Under the pieces are notes generated by a model that was not told the DNA's origin, did no database searches, and was given only the letters and a program-made list of their open reading frames with translations. From assembly GCA_029571225.1 (NCBI GenBank), contig JAKPTF010000035.1, positions 145,925-209,924 of the forward strand: a stretch of DNA of 64,000 bases, read 5' to 3'. The stretch comes from Candidatus Omnitrophota bacterium. Lineage in GTDB: Bacteria; Omnitrophota; Gorgyraeia; Gygaellales; Profunditerraquicolaceae. The position numbers and the translations under genes were made by a program. Shown in pieces: positions 52,545 through 61,946 of the stretch (positions are counted from its first letter, which is position 1; every line of letters begins with the position of its first letter).

Positions 52545-55500
52545 ATGGGACTCCCCTCAATACCCGACTTCTCCGTTAAACGGCCGGTAACCGTCTGGAT
52601 GTTTTATGTAGGCGTTATGCTTATGGGCGCCATCGCGTTCATGGCCCTGCCGGTCGAGATGATGCCGAATGTCAGTTTCGGCGATATCACCATCAATATC
52701 GACGTGAGGGGCGGCATGCCCGCGTCCGAGGTCGAGAAGCGCATCACCAAGCTCGTCGAAGAAGCGGTCGGCAGCGTTACCCACCTCAAGGATATCATCG
52801 CAATCTCCAAGGAAGGCAATGCCACGATTATCCTGGAATTCGAGCCCGGGACCAACATGGATTTCGCGGCACTGGAGGTGCGGGAAAAATTCAACCGCAT
52901 CCGAAACAAGCTCCCTCCCGAAATAGAAAAACCGGTCGTCGCCAAGTACGAATATATGGACGTGCCGATCATGATCATCGCCCTCACGAGCCCTATCCGC
53001 ACGCCGGAGCAGCTGCGCAAGATCGTCGACGAAAAGGTCAAGGACCGCATACAGCGCATCGAGGGCGTCGCCAACGCCGAGATCGCCGGCGGCCGCGAGG
53101 GAAAGGTCATCATCGAGGTGGACCAGCGCAAGATCCAGTCCTACGGCCTTCCCATCAACCGCATCGTTGACATTATTAACCTCAACAACGAGAACGCGCT
53201 TGCCGGCGAGATCAAGGGAGCGCGCAATAAATTCCTTGTGAGGACCATCGGAGAGTTCAAGACGCTCGACGACATCGCCAACCTTGCCATCGCCACCAAC
53301 GAAAAAGGCTCGGTCATCAGGGTCAAGGATGTCGCGACGGTAAAGGATTCATACCTGGACCCGGTGTCGTTCTCCCGCATGAACGCAAACCCCGTCGTTT
53401 CCATTTACGTGCAGAAGGAATCGACCGCCAACACCGTCCAGATATCGAAGCTCGTGAAAGAAGAAATGGCCAGGCTTCGCGCCCTGCTTGAAAAAGACAT
53501 CCAGGTCAACCTGACCTTCAACCAGGCAGACGTCATCCAGCAGGCAATTGCCCAGGTCAAATCGTCGCTGGCGACCGGCGCGTTGCTCGCCGTTGCGGTC
53601 CTCCTGTTGTTCCTCGGGGATCCGCGCCTTGTGTTCATCATTGCGACGTGCATCCCCGTATCCCTGCTCATGACATTCGTGTGCATGTTTTTCTCAAAAC
53701 TGTCGCTCAACGTCATATCATTAAGCGGCCTGGCTCTGGGCGTTGGCATGCTTATCGACAACGCGATCGTGGTCCTCGATAACACGTTTAAGAAACGCCG
53801 GCGCTTTGCCGCCAGCCAGCATCCGGACCCGCAACGCTGGGAGCAGATCGCGGCAATGGAGGGCGCGGACGAAATGGTCCTGGCAATCACCGCGTCCACG
53901 TTCACCACGATCATCGTGTTCCTGCCGATCGTCTGGATCAATCCGGAGATACAGAAACTCTACTCGGGTATTGCCCTGACCATATCATTCGCCCTGATCG
54001 CGTCGCTTTTGACATCGATCTCTCTGGTACCGATGCTGCTCACCAAGATCCGGATCCGCAATAAGGCGCCGATAGATCAGGGAAACGCCGTGCATCCGGT
54101 CGTCCGGGCCTGGCAGGCGCTGGCCGGATTCGGACAAAACATCTACCGGGGATTCATCTCAATTTCTCTGGCCCTGCGCTACGTGCTCATCCTTCTTGCC
54201 GCGCTCGCGTTCATGCGGGCTTTTCAGGAATCGAACAAGCTGGAAAAGGAGTTCATCGGCATCGCGGAACAGAACAAATTCACGATCTTCATCGAAATGC
54301 CCACGGGGACAAAGCTCGACGTGTCCAACGCGGTCGTCCAAAAAGTCGAAGATATCCTCAAGAAATACCCCGACATCAAGACCGCCACGGCCAAGATCGA
54401 GCCCTGGTCGAGCAAGATTTTCGTCGAGATGGTGCCGTTCGGCCAGCGCAAGATGACGACTGCGCAGATGATAAACGAGCTCCGTCCCTATACGGAAAAA
54501 ATGGACCCCGCCTTCATTTATTATGAAGAGCCCGAAGAGGTCGGGACCAAAGAGATCATTCTGGAGCTGTTCGGCTACGATTATGATACCCTGAAGAATT
54601 TGGCGATCCAGGTCGCCCAGCGTATCCAGACGATCCCAAAGTTTACAGACACCAAAATCCGCATGCGCGAGGGCAGGCCGGAGCTTCACCTGTACATAGA
54701 CAAGCGCCAGGCCGCGTATTTCGGCCTGAGTGTCGAGTCGATCGCGCTGGCGCTTCACACCAACACGCGGGGGCTGGTCGCAACGCGTTACCGCGGCACA
54801 ACCGAGCCGCTGGTCAGGATAAAAAGCGGCCTCGATACTTCGGAAGCGCCCGGGGACGAGATCATGTCAAAGGTTCCGCGGACCGCCGCATCCGCCGATT
54901 CTCTCGTCGGCAAGGAAACAGAGACGATCGTGCGCCTTGAAGAACAGTTCAGAAAATCATTCGAGGCCCTGCGCCGGACGACATTTGTGACTCCCGAGGG
55001 ATATATGGTGTTCCTCTCGCAGCTGGCGAATTTCAAATTCGACCTGGGGCCGAGCGAGATATGGCGCAAGAACAAAGCGCGCATGGTGCAGGTTTCGGCT
55101 AACACCGGCGGCACGGCTCTGGGCACTGCGGCGGATAACGTCATCAAGGCGCTCAAGGACCTTAAATTCCCCAAGGATTATTTCTGGCAGATCGGCGGCA
55201 ATTACGACAAGATGCTGCGCAACCAGCAAGAGCTCGGATTCGCCCTACTCTTGAGCCTGATTCTGGTATATATGATCCTGGCCAGCCTTTTCGAATCGTT
55301 GAGCCAGCCGTTCATCATCCTGGCGACGGTACCACTGGCTGCGATCGGCGCGATCATCGCGCTGCGTTACACGAACAAGCCGGTCGGCACGGGCGTTCTG
55401 ATCGGGGCGATCATGCTCGACGGCATCGTGGTCAATAATGCAATCGTGTTGATCGACCGTATCAATTTCCTTCGGAAGAAACCTGAGTTCGCCGGAAATG

Positions 55501-55736
55501 TCAGGTCCGTGATCGTCGAGGCCTCGCTTGACCGCCTGCGCCCCATCATGATGACCTCTCTGACAACGATCCTGGGCCTGATCCCCATGGCGATCGATAA
55601 AAGCGAGTCCGCGAACCTGTGGTCGCCTCTGGCTATCACGGTCATCGGCGGATTGACTTTATCCACGGTGCTGACGCTTTTTATTATTCCGTGCGTGTAT
55701 CTTGTATTCTGCGACTTCCGTTTGATAAAAAAGTAG
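52545..55736 (+). CDS. RND (AcrB-family) transporter, 1,063 aa
   Basis: The start lies 2 nt after the upstream stop. FSVKRPVTVWMFYVGVMLMGAIAFMALPVEMMPNVSFGDITI... and the conserved C-terminal half are both AcrB-like. Confidence 0.85.
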   Translation: MGLPSIPDFSVKRPVTVWMFYVGVMLMGAIAFMALPVEMMPNVSFGDITINIDVRGGMPASEVEKRITKLVEEAVGSVTHLKDIIAISKEGNATIILEFEPGTNMDFAALEVREKFNRIRNKLPPEIEKPVVAKYEYMDVPIMIIALTSPIRTPEQLRKIVDEKVKDRIQRIEGVANAEIAGGREGKVIIEVDQRKIQSYGLPINRIVDIINLNNENALAGEIKGARNKFLVRTIGEFKTLDDIANLAIATNEKGSVIRVKDVATVKDSYLDPVSFSRMNANPVVSIYVQKESTANTVQISKLVKEEMARLRALLEKDIQVNLTFNQADVIQQAIAQVKSSLATGALLAVAVLLLFLGDPRLVFIIATCIPVSLLMTFVCMFFSKLSLNVISLSGLALGVGMLIDNAIVVLDNTFKKRRRFAASQHPDPQRWEQIAAMEGADEMVLAITASTFTTIIVFLPIVWINPEIQKLYSGIALTISFALIASLLTSISLVPMLLTKIRIRNKAPIDQGNAVHPVVRAWQALAGFGQNIYRGFISISLALRYVLILLAALAFMRAFQESNKLEKEFIGIAEQNKFTIFIEMPTGTKLDVSNAVVQKVEDILKKYPDIKTATAKIEPWSSKIFVEMVPFGQRKMTTAQMINELRPYTEKMDPAFIYYEEPEEVGTKEIILELFGYDYDTLKNLAIQVAQRIQTIPKFTDTKIRMREGRPELHLYIDKRQAAYFGLSVESIALALHTNTRGLVATRYRGTTEPLVRIKSGLDTSEAPGDEIMSKVPRTAASADSLVGKETETIVRLEEQFRKSFEALRRTTFVTPEGYMVFLSQLANFKFDLGPSEIWRKNKARMVQVSANTGGTALGTAADNVIKALKDLKFPKDYFWQIGGNYDKMLRNQQELGFALLLSLILVYMILASLFESLSQPFIILATVPLAAIGAIIALRYTNKPVGTGVLIGAIMLDGIVVNNAIVLIDRINFLRKKPEFAGNVRSVIVEASLDRLRPIMMTSLTTILGLIPMAIDKSESANLWSPLAITVIGGLTLSTVLTLFIIPCVYLVFCDFRLIKK

Positions 55737-55784
55737 TTTACAAACACCAGAAATCATTTAAAATGAAATAATTAAGGAGGCTGT

Positions 55785-57056
55785 ATGGCCGCGAAGATCG
55801 CCAGGCTGCTGATCGGGATCTGGATCATTTTCCTGATCGGATATTTCGGCATGAAATGGTATCAAAAACAAAAAGCGCAGACAGCTACCGCGCCTGCCGA
55901 AGTCGTTGGACAGCCTGCGGAGAAAAAAGGCTTTTCTCTTCCATTCTCCCTGCCGGGCATGAAAAAATCCGAGCCGGAACCCGCTCCGGCGCAGACGCCC
56001 GCCCCGTCAGCTCCGGAAGAACCGATCCTTCCGCAGGTGCGAACGCTGAAATTAAAAACCGTCGATTTCAAGGATGTCCTGCCTGTCATGGGCACGATCA
56101 AGGGTGTCACCGAGATCCCGCTCAAGTTCGAAATCAACGGCGTGGTCAAAAAAATAAATTTCCGTGAAGGCGAACGGATCAAAGCCGGTGACCTTGTCGC
56201 CAGCATAGATTCCAAGGATGTCGAGCTCAAGGTCGCATACGCCAAGGCCAAGTTCAACGCAGCGCAGGCGGCGTATAATTCCGTGCAGAAGCAGCTTGAG
56301 ATTCACAAAAAGCTCTACGAGGCCGGCGCAATCATCAAATCCAAGATGGAACAGATAGAGCTTGAGGTCGAGTCTGCCAGGTATCAGCTGGAGACCACGC
56401 GCAGCGAAGAGGAATTGGCTTCGAACGAGATGCGCAAGACGTTCATTTACGCTGCCAAGGACGGGGTCATGGGAGCGCGCGATGCCGAAGAAGGCGAATT
56501 CGTCACACCCCAGGACAAGGTTGCGACGATCTACGAGATCAATGAGGTATTTGTCGAGGTGGGCGTGGTCGAACGCGACATTGATAAGATCAAGCTCGGA
56601 CAGATCGCGAAGGTCTTCGTTGACGCCTATCCGTCGCTCGCGTTTGAAGGCGTGGTGGCGTATGTCTATCCTGTTGTCGAGGGCAAAAGCCGCACGTTGA
56701 CGGTCAAGATCAAGGTCCCGAATCCCAAGAGCCTGCTTTTGCCCGGCATGTTCGCGCGGGCCGAGATGAGCATTGTCGAACTGCCAGGGGCGCTTATGGT
56801 CCCCGCGTCAGCGCTCATAAACTCCGGAGGGCTGACCCTTCTGTCGATCATTCCCGCGCGCACCATCCAGGAAGCCGCGGATGAATTGACGGGCACGGCG
56901 CAGATCGTCAAGATCAAGACCGGGTATCTTTCCAGCGATTACGCGCAGATCATCGAAGGCGCCAGCGAGAACGACCTTGTCATCCTCGAAGTCCAGGGCG
57001 AACTCAAAGAAAACGCGCCGGTCAAAATCGTCGGCACCGAAGAACTCACCTTCTAA
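55785..57056 (+). CDS. RND periplasmic adaptor (membrane fusion protein, HlyD/AcrA family), 423 aa
   Basis: AAGGAGG SD, an N-terminal TM segment, a lipoyl-like motif (INFREGERIKAGDLVASID), a coiled-coil hairpin and beta-barrel motifs. Confidence 0.8.
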   Translation: MAAKIARLLIGIWIIFLIGYFGMKWYQKQKAQTATAPAEVVGQPAEKKGFSLPFSLPGMKKSEPEPAPAQTPAPSAPEEPILPQVRTLKLKTVDFKDVLPVMGTIKGVTEIPLKFEINGVVKKINFREGERIKAGDLVASIDSKDVELKVAYAKAKFNAAQAAYNSVQKQLEIHKKLYEAGAIIKSKMEQIELEVESARYQLETTRSEEELASNEMRKTFIYAAKDGVMGARDAEEGEFVTPQDKVATIYEINEVFVEVGVVERDIDKIKLGQIAKVFVDAYPSLAFEGVVAYVYPVVEGKSRTLTVKIKVPNPKSLLLPGMFARAEMSIVELPGALMVPASALINSGGLTLLSIIPARTIQEAADELTGTAQIVKIKTGYLSSDYAQIIEGASENDLVILEVQGELKENAPVKIVGTEELTF

Positions 57057-57059
57057 AAA

Positions 57060-57925
57060 CCAAGACGCTTTAGCTAACCACTTCCATAGCAATAAGATAC
57101 AATTTAATTCTTTTGCTTTGTTTTTGGCCGTCCCCTCCGTAAGGATATAATCCTGCCATTCCCCTTGATGAGCCTCTGAATAAACATCTCATCCCCCTGC
57201 GGCGTTTTCATATCCTCCCAACGCGTGTTATCCACATCATTATATTTCTGCAGAAAATGGGTATATGCCTCTTGCCGTTGCGCCTTTTCAGTGCCGAGGT
57301 CTTCATACATAGGATCCGTTGTCGTAATGCCATCATCTATGCCCAAACAATAAAATCGAGCGCTGCCATACGTATAATCAGATGCAACAGTTACGATCTT
57401 GTCCTTAACCGGATTATAATCGATGTACCTGCCGCACGAAAGCATGTAATTTTCTTTCTGAACAGGCTTTGACTGAAATCTGCCCTGCCATAAATATCCG
57501 CACCCTTTATATCGTTTATGAAAATATTTAGTATACGCTAAGGAAATGCCGGCAATGGCCCGTGACAACTTTTCAGGATCCACCAGTTCAAGAAGAAGAT
57601 GGTAATGGGTAGGCATGATGACCCAATGATAAATCCTGAGCGAAAACATAGCAATATATTTCTTCAGAATAATGCAGAAATGTTCATAATCCTGTTCATC
57701 ATAAAAGATCACTTTCTTAGAATTGCTTCTGTTATAAATATGGTAGGTTAACGAGTCAAACAATTGATACTTCCTGGCATATGGTGACATATCACACCTC
57801 CTTTGTCTAAATAGACGCGGGAACATGTAATATCTCACTATTTATTAATATTGATCCTGGAATTGTGAAATAAAGAATTGTTTTGTAACTCTTTGGGGGG
57901 TATTGGGTTAGCTAAAGCGTCTTCA
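57060..57925 (-). mobile_element. RAYT / IS200-like Y1-transposase unit bounded by inverted REP-like repeats R3 and R4
   Basis: R3 at 57060-57113 (CCAAGACGCTTTAGCTAACC...AATTCTTT). R4 at 57872-57925 (reverse complement TGAAGACGCTTTAGCTAACC...GTTACAAAACAATTCTTT). Together they flank the HUH/Y1 gene. R4 ends 1 nt from the 3' end of tRNA-Glu. Confidence 0.65.
57104..57790 (-). CDS. REP-associated tyrosine transposase (RAYT) / IS200-family Y1 HUH transposase, 228 aa
   Basis: AAGGAGGTG SD before ATG 57788-57790 (the track ORF is extended to 57838). HUH motif in MPTHYHLLL and a catalytic-Tyr region GYLWQGRFQSKPV. Confidence 0.75.
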   Translation of the reverse strand: MSPYARKYQLFDSLTYHIYNRSNSKKVIFYDEQDYEHFCIILKKYIAMFSLRIYHWVIMPTHYHLLLELVDPEKLSRAIAGISLAYTKYFHKRYKGCGYLWQGRFQSKPVQKENYMLSCGRYIDYNPVKDKIVTVASDYTYGSARFYCLGIDDGITTTDPMYEDLGTEKAQRQEAYTHFLQKYNDVDNTRWEDMKTPQGDEMFIQRLIKGNGRIISLRRGRPKTKQKN

Positions 57926-57926
57926 T

Positions 57927-58004
57927 TGGTAGCCCCAACCGGATTTGAACCGGTGTTTAATGGCTGAGAACCATCCGTCCTGGACCGGGCTAGACGATGG
58001 GGCC
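57927..58004 (-). tRNA. tRNA-Glu (anticodon CUC), CCA encoded
   Basis: Hand-folded as GGCCCCA-TC-GTCT-AGCCCGGTCCA-GGAC-G-GATGG-TTCTCAG-CCATT-AAAC-ACCGG-TTCAAAT-CCGGT-TGGGGCT-A-CCA. The TCGTCTAG...CCAGGAC D-arm is typical of tRNA-Glu. Confidence 0.85.
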
Positions 58005-58086
58005 GCATTGAATAATATAGCATATTTCTCAAGACGGTCAATCAAATTTATTGACCTTTACCGGAGGCTGTTATATACTCCTATAT

Positions 58087-59301
58087 ATGATTGACATCGG
58101 TACCGGTGCCAGCATTGACAAGAATGACGTCGCTGCCGTCGAAGGCGCGATCAGGCAGGCAAAAACAAAAAAGGTCAATAAAGAGAAAATAGACCTGGCG
58201 TTCGTATTCCACGGACCTGACCGTGCGTCTTCAGCGATCATCAAGAATACCTCGGCATTGTTGCCGAATGTGCCGGTCATAGGCGGAACCGCCAGCGGCT
58301 TCTTTGCTCACCAATCCCACAGCAAGCGCGGCGTCGTCATCATGCTCATTACGTTCCCGGAAGGGGTATTCCTGACCACCGGGGATGTCGAAGGGATATC
58401 CGCTATGGGGGCGCTCGCGGCCGGCGAACAGCTGGGCGACAAGCTCTTGTCCGGCTTCAAGAACGTGCCGCGCAGCCTTGCCCTGCTACTCTTTGACAGG
58501 TTGACGCAGGACAACGCCGATTTCATCGTCGGCCTGCAGGAAAAGCTCGGCACAAGTTTCCCCTGTGTGGGCGCATCGATCTCAAATCCGGAAGATAGCG
58601 GACGAAGCGATCTTTTGTATAATAAAAAACTGCTCCGGGATGCCTGCGCGGGCATCCTGTTCGGCGGAAAAATAAGTTTCGGCCTGGGCCTGCGTCACGG
58701 CTGGAAACCGCTGGGCAAACCGCACGTCATATCGTCCGTTTCCGGGAACATCATCCATAAAATCGACAACGAGCCTGCGGTGCGGCTCTACGAGGAATAC
58801 CTGGCGTATGATTTCCCGCGCATCAGAAAAGAGCTGAAGAACCTGTCTGTGCTCTATCCGATCGGGATCAAGATCGCGGGTCAAAGCGAATACCTCCTGC
58901 GCAGCATCCAGGCGATCAATAGCGACGGGTCGCTCGTGTGCCGGGGCAACATTCCCGCCGGATCCACGACCAGGCTCATGATCTCGACAAAAGAAACGTG
59001 CCTGGAAGCGACGCGTGCAGCCGTCGATGAGGCAAAAGCGAACCTTGGTGCGCAGGCGCTTAAGTTCCACAGGGAAAAAACGTCAAAGCTGGTCATCGTG
59101 TTCGATTCATTCCCCCGCGCCGCATCCCTGGGCAAGGACATCCTGACCGAACTGAAGATTATCGCTGACGCGTTCGAGCCGGGAACGGGGATCATCGGCG
59201 TCAACAGTTTCGGGGAACTGGCGCCGTTATCGACGCAAAGCTATCACGGCCAGACCTATTTTCAAAATCAAATGGTCTCCGTTCTGATCATCGAGGGCTA
59301 A
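58087..59301 (+). CDS. FIST-domain (FIST_N/FIST_C) sensory protein
   Basis: The track ORF starts at TTG 58051; the first ATG is at 58087, so the start is uncertain. Motifs ...LAFVFHGPD...VIGGTASG...YPIGIKIAG...LVCRGNIPAGS...SFGELAP fit the FIST family. The stop abuts the kinase start (TAAATG). Confidence 0.65.
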   Translation: MIDIGTGASIDKNDVAAVEGAIRQAKTKKVNKEKIDLAFVFHGPDRASSAIIKNTSALLPNVPVIGGTASGFFAHQSHSKRGVVIMLITFPEGVFLTTGDVEGISAMGALAAGEQLGDKLLSGFKNVPRSLALLLFDRLTQDNADFIVGLQEKLGTSFPCVGASISNPEDSGRSDLLYNKKLLRDACAGILFGGKISFGLGLRHGWKPLGKPHVISSVSGNIIHKIDNEPAVRLYEEYLAYDFPRIRKELKNLSVLYPIGIKIAGQSEYLLRSIQAINSDGSLVCRGNIPAGSTTRLMISTKETCLEATRAAVDEAKANLGAQALKFHREKTSKLVIVFDSFPRAASLGKDILTELKIIADAFEPGTGIIGVNSFGELAPLSTQSYHGQTYFQNQMVSVLIIEG

Positions 59302-60798
59302 ATGTCCGACATCGAATTGCTGATGAATGCGCTGGGCATACTGGGCATGGCGGGATCCGTCGGCCTGGGCATCTGGGTCGTGTTCCTCATCAGCGAGATC
59401 AAACAGCTGCGCCTGTCCGTCGAAAACCTCAAGCATACGCTCGACGAGATGGACGAGCAGGCAAAGCTGGTCGTGCGCACCGATATCGAGCTCAATAAGG
59501 CCCAGGAGGAACTGGACAAGAAAATAACAGGCCTCTACACGCTGCAGAACCTTTCCAGGCAGATCAGTTCCACCTTTGACGAAACGCAGATATTCAGCAA
59601 GGTCGAGCCCCCGCTTCTGGCAGACCTCGGTTTTGAAAAGGCGGTCGCGTTCGGGTGGGACGACCGGCATCAGGTGGCCCAGGTCCACCTGTGTGTCGGA
59701 TTTTCCGAAGCCGAAGCCGCAGCCTTTTCTCCCCTGCTGGAGGCCGAACGGAATCATTTTGAAAAGCTCATCAGGGACGAGGCCGCAATCTCCTCTATTT
59801 CGCCGACAATCGACCAGAAGTTCAGGCAGAGAATCTGCGCGATGTTCCGCGTGACGTCTTTTGTCATTGCGCCGTATCTGCCCAAGGAAGGCAACAAGGG
59901 GATCCTCCTGGCAGGAGCGGAGAATGCCGACACCGTCATCAACGAAGGCGACGAGGAGCTGATCAAGATCCTCGCGAATCAGATCGGCCAGGCGCTCGAC
60001 AACGCGCGGCTCTTCGAAAAGACCTGGCAGGCGCACCAGGAACTGGAGAACCGCGTTGAGCAAAGAACCAAGGAACTTTCGCAGGCCTTTGAAGAAATCA
60101 AGCGCATCAATCAGCGCAAGAACGATTTCGTTTCCAACGTCTCGCATGAGCTGCGCACGCCGCTCACTTCCATCAAGGGATATGCCTCGATTTTGCTCTC
60201 GGGCAAATTAGGGGCTATTCCGGAAGAAGCGCACAAGCGGCTCGAAAAGATCAACAAGCACTCCGACGAGCTGGTGCAATTCGTCAACGAGCTTCTCGAT
60301 ATCGCGCGCATCGAAAGCGGCAGGGTGACGCTCAAGATCTCGCCGTTCAACCTCAAGAATATCATCGACGAGGTCGGGGACATGCTGACCGTGCAGATGA
60401 AAGAACGCCAGATCTCGTTCTCAACGGTTTTGCCCGACGCCATGCCGGAGATTATGGCAGACTACAGCCAGATCAAACGGGTGTTCATCAACCTGGTCAA
60501 CAACGCCTTCAAATACACTCCCAACGGCGGGAAGATCACGGTCCGCGTCAATATCGTCGACAGCGGCATCCAGGTGGATATATCCGATACGGGATGCGGC
60601 ATGCCGGAGGACGCGCTCGATAAACTGTTTACCGAATTCTACCGAGTCGATACCGCGATCAATCAGGAGGTCAAGGGCACCGGCCTGGGCCTGGCGATGG
60701 TAAAGCATATCGTCGAGGCGCATAAAGGGAAGATCTGGGTCAAAAGCAAGCTGGGTATGGGCTCTACCTTCAGCTTCATCCTTCCAAAATCATCCTAA
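59302..60798 (+). CDS. Sensor histidine kinase (TM, coiled coil/GAF-like, HisKA, HATPase_c), 498 aa
   Basis: H-box SHELRTPLTSIKGY, N-box NLVNNAFKYT and G-boxes DTGCGM / GTGLGLAMV. Confidence 0.85.
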   Translation: MSDIELLMNALGILGMAGSVGLGIWVVFLISEIKQLRLSVENLKHTLDEMDEQAKLVVRTDIELNKAQEELDKKITGLYTLQNLSRQISSTFDETQIFSKVEPPLLADLGFEKAVAFGWDDRHQVAQVHLCVGFSEAEAAAFSPLLEAERNHFEKLIRDEAAISSISPTIDQKFRQRICAMFRVTSFVIAPYLPKEGNKGILLAGAENADTVINEGDEELIKILANQIGQALDNARLFEKTWQAHQELENRVEQRTKELSQAFEEIKRINQRKNDFVSNVSHELRTPLTSIKGYASILLSGKLGAIPEEAHKRLEKINKHSDELVQFVNELLDIARIESGRVTLKISPFNLKNIIDEVGDMLTVQMKERQISFSTVLPDAMPEIMADYSQIKRVFINLVNNAFKYTPNGGKITVRVNIVDSGIQVDISDTGCGMPEDALDKLFTEFYRVDTAINQEVKGTGLGLAMVKHIVEAHKGKIWVKSKLGMGSTFSFILPKSS

Positions 60799-60815
60799 CA
60801 CATAAGGAGCATGCA

Positions 60816-61796
60816 GTGGCAATCAAAATACTCATTGTCGATGACGAACCCGATATCAGGGACGTCCTGCGCATAACCCTCGAGGACGAGAAATACGAGG
60901 TGTTCGAGGCGGGCAACGGCGAGGAGGCGCTTGCCTTCATCCAGAAAAAACTGCCTGACCTGGTTCTGTGTGATTATAAGATGCCGCGCATGGACGGCCG
61001 GGAATTCTGCCGCCAGATCAAAAAAGACATCCTCCTGCGCCATCTGCCGGTGATCATGGTCACGGGAAAAGGCGAGATTACGGATAAGGTGGACGGCATC
61101 GAGGCCGGTGCGGACGATTACATCGTCAAGCCTTTCGAACCCAAGGAGCTGATCGCCCATATCCGCATGCTTTTGCGCAGGACAGGGATCGACCTGGAAG
61201 CCAATCCCCTCACCCGCCTGCCGGGCAACATCTCGATCCTCGACGAGTTATCCCGCAAAATAGCCAGCAAAGAGCTGTTTGCGGTCTGCTACGTAGACCT
61301 GGACAAGTTCAAGGCCTATAATGATACATACGGCTTCGAGCGCGGGGACAACGTCATCAGGGAAACGGCCAGGATACTCCTGCGCGCGACGCAGGAAGCA
61401 GGCAATCCCGGGGATTTCGTCGGCCACGTCGGCGGCGACGATTTCGTGGTGGTGACCTCTCTGGACAAAGTGGACCGGCTGTGCTCGACAATCATCTCCC
61501 GGTTCGACGCCGCCGTGCCCTCCTTCTACAACGAGACGGACCGAGCCAACGGTTACATCATCGCGCACGACCGCCAGGGCGCCCAGCGCAGGTTCCAGCT
61601 TCTTTCCATATCCATCGGCGTCGTGACGAACGAATTCCGCAAAATCGAGCACGTGGCCCAGATCGGCGAGATCGGGGCGGAGCTTAAGGCCTTTGCCAAA
61701 AGCATGACCAAAAGCAATTATGTCATGGACAAGCGCAAGATTGACGGGACCGGGCAGACAGGCCCGGAATCGGCAGGCCCGGCAACCGCGGCCTAA
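60816..61796 (+). CDS. Response regulator receiver + GGDEF (diguanylate cyclase-like) protein, 326 aa
   Basis: GTG start 7 nt after AAGGAG. REC domain (ILIVDDEPDIR...DYKMPRMDG...VTGK). GGDEF domain (PLTRLPGN...YVDLDKFKAYNDTYGFERGD...GHVGGDDFVVV), with the signature motif reading GGDDF. Confidence 0.8.
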   Translation: MAIKILIVDDEPDIRDVLRITLEDEKYEVFEAGNGEEALAFIQKKLPDLVLCDYKMPRMDGREFCRQIKKDILLRHLPVIMVTGKGEITDKVDGIEAGADDYIVKPFEPKELIAHIRMLLRRTGIDLEANPLTRLPGNISILDELSRKIASKELFAVCYVDLDKFKAYNDTYGFERGDNVIRETARILLRATQEAGNPGDFVGHVGGDDFVVVTSLDKVDRLCSTIISRFDAAVPSFYNETDRANGYIIAHDRQGAQRRFQLLSISIGVVTNEFRKIEHVAQIGEIGAELKAFAKSMTKSNYVMDKRKIDGTGQTGPESAGPATAA

Positions 61797-61844
61797 AAGG
61801 CTTGATTTTCCCCTTTAAATACTATATACTTATAACACATTGAC

Positions 61845-61918
61845 TGCCCTCTAGTGCAATGGTAGCACGACTGGCTCTGGACCAGTTAATCATGGTTCGA
61901 ATCCATGGGGGGCAACCA
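61845..61918 (+). tRNA. tRNA-Gln (anticodon CUG), CCA encoded
   Basis: Hand-folded as TGCCCTC-TA-GTGC-AATGGTA-GCAC-G-ACTGG-CTCTGGA-CCAGT-TAAT-CATGG-TTCGAAT-CCATG-GGGGGCA-A-CCA. The U1:A72 pair is typical of bacterial tRNA-Gln. A TTGATT-N17-TATACT promoter lies upstream. Confidence 0.85.
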
Positions 61919-61946
61919 TGACTTTTTCTATCCCCTCGGATATCAC

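Noticed and set aside
57104-57838. An autonomous IS200/IS605 insertion sequence.
   Set aside because: There is no tnpB/accessory gene. The flanks are inverted copies of a short element that also occurs away from the gene (38379, 43422), which fits a RAYT/REP system better. The call remains family-level only.
57838-58041. A 67-aa minus-strand ORF.
   Set aside because: It is the translation of tRNA-Glu (57927..58004) and REP-like repeat R4.
59227-60147. A 306-aa minus-strand ORF, and other long antisense ORFs at 34916..35644, 36815..37378, 39697..40350, 49773..50372, 49849..50481, 53405..53941 and 54159..54758.
   Set aside because: All lie antisense to well-supported plus-strand genes (kinase, repeat proteins, RND pumps). 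All have shadow-ORF composition.
61905-61946. The N-terminal extension of glnS in the track.
   Set aside because: It overlaps the 3' end of tRNA-Gln, and GlnRS homology begins at the internal Met ([15 protein letters not shown]).
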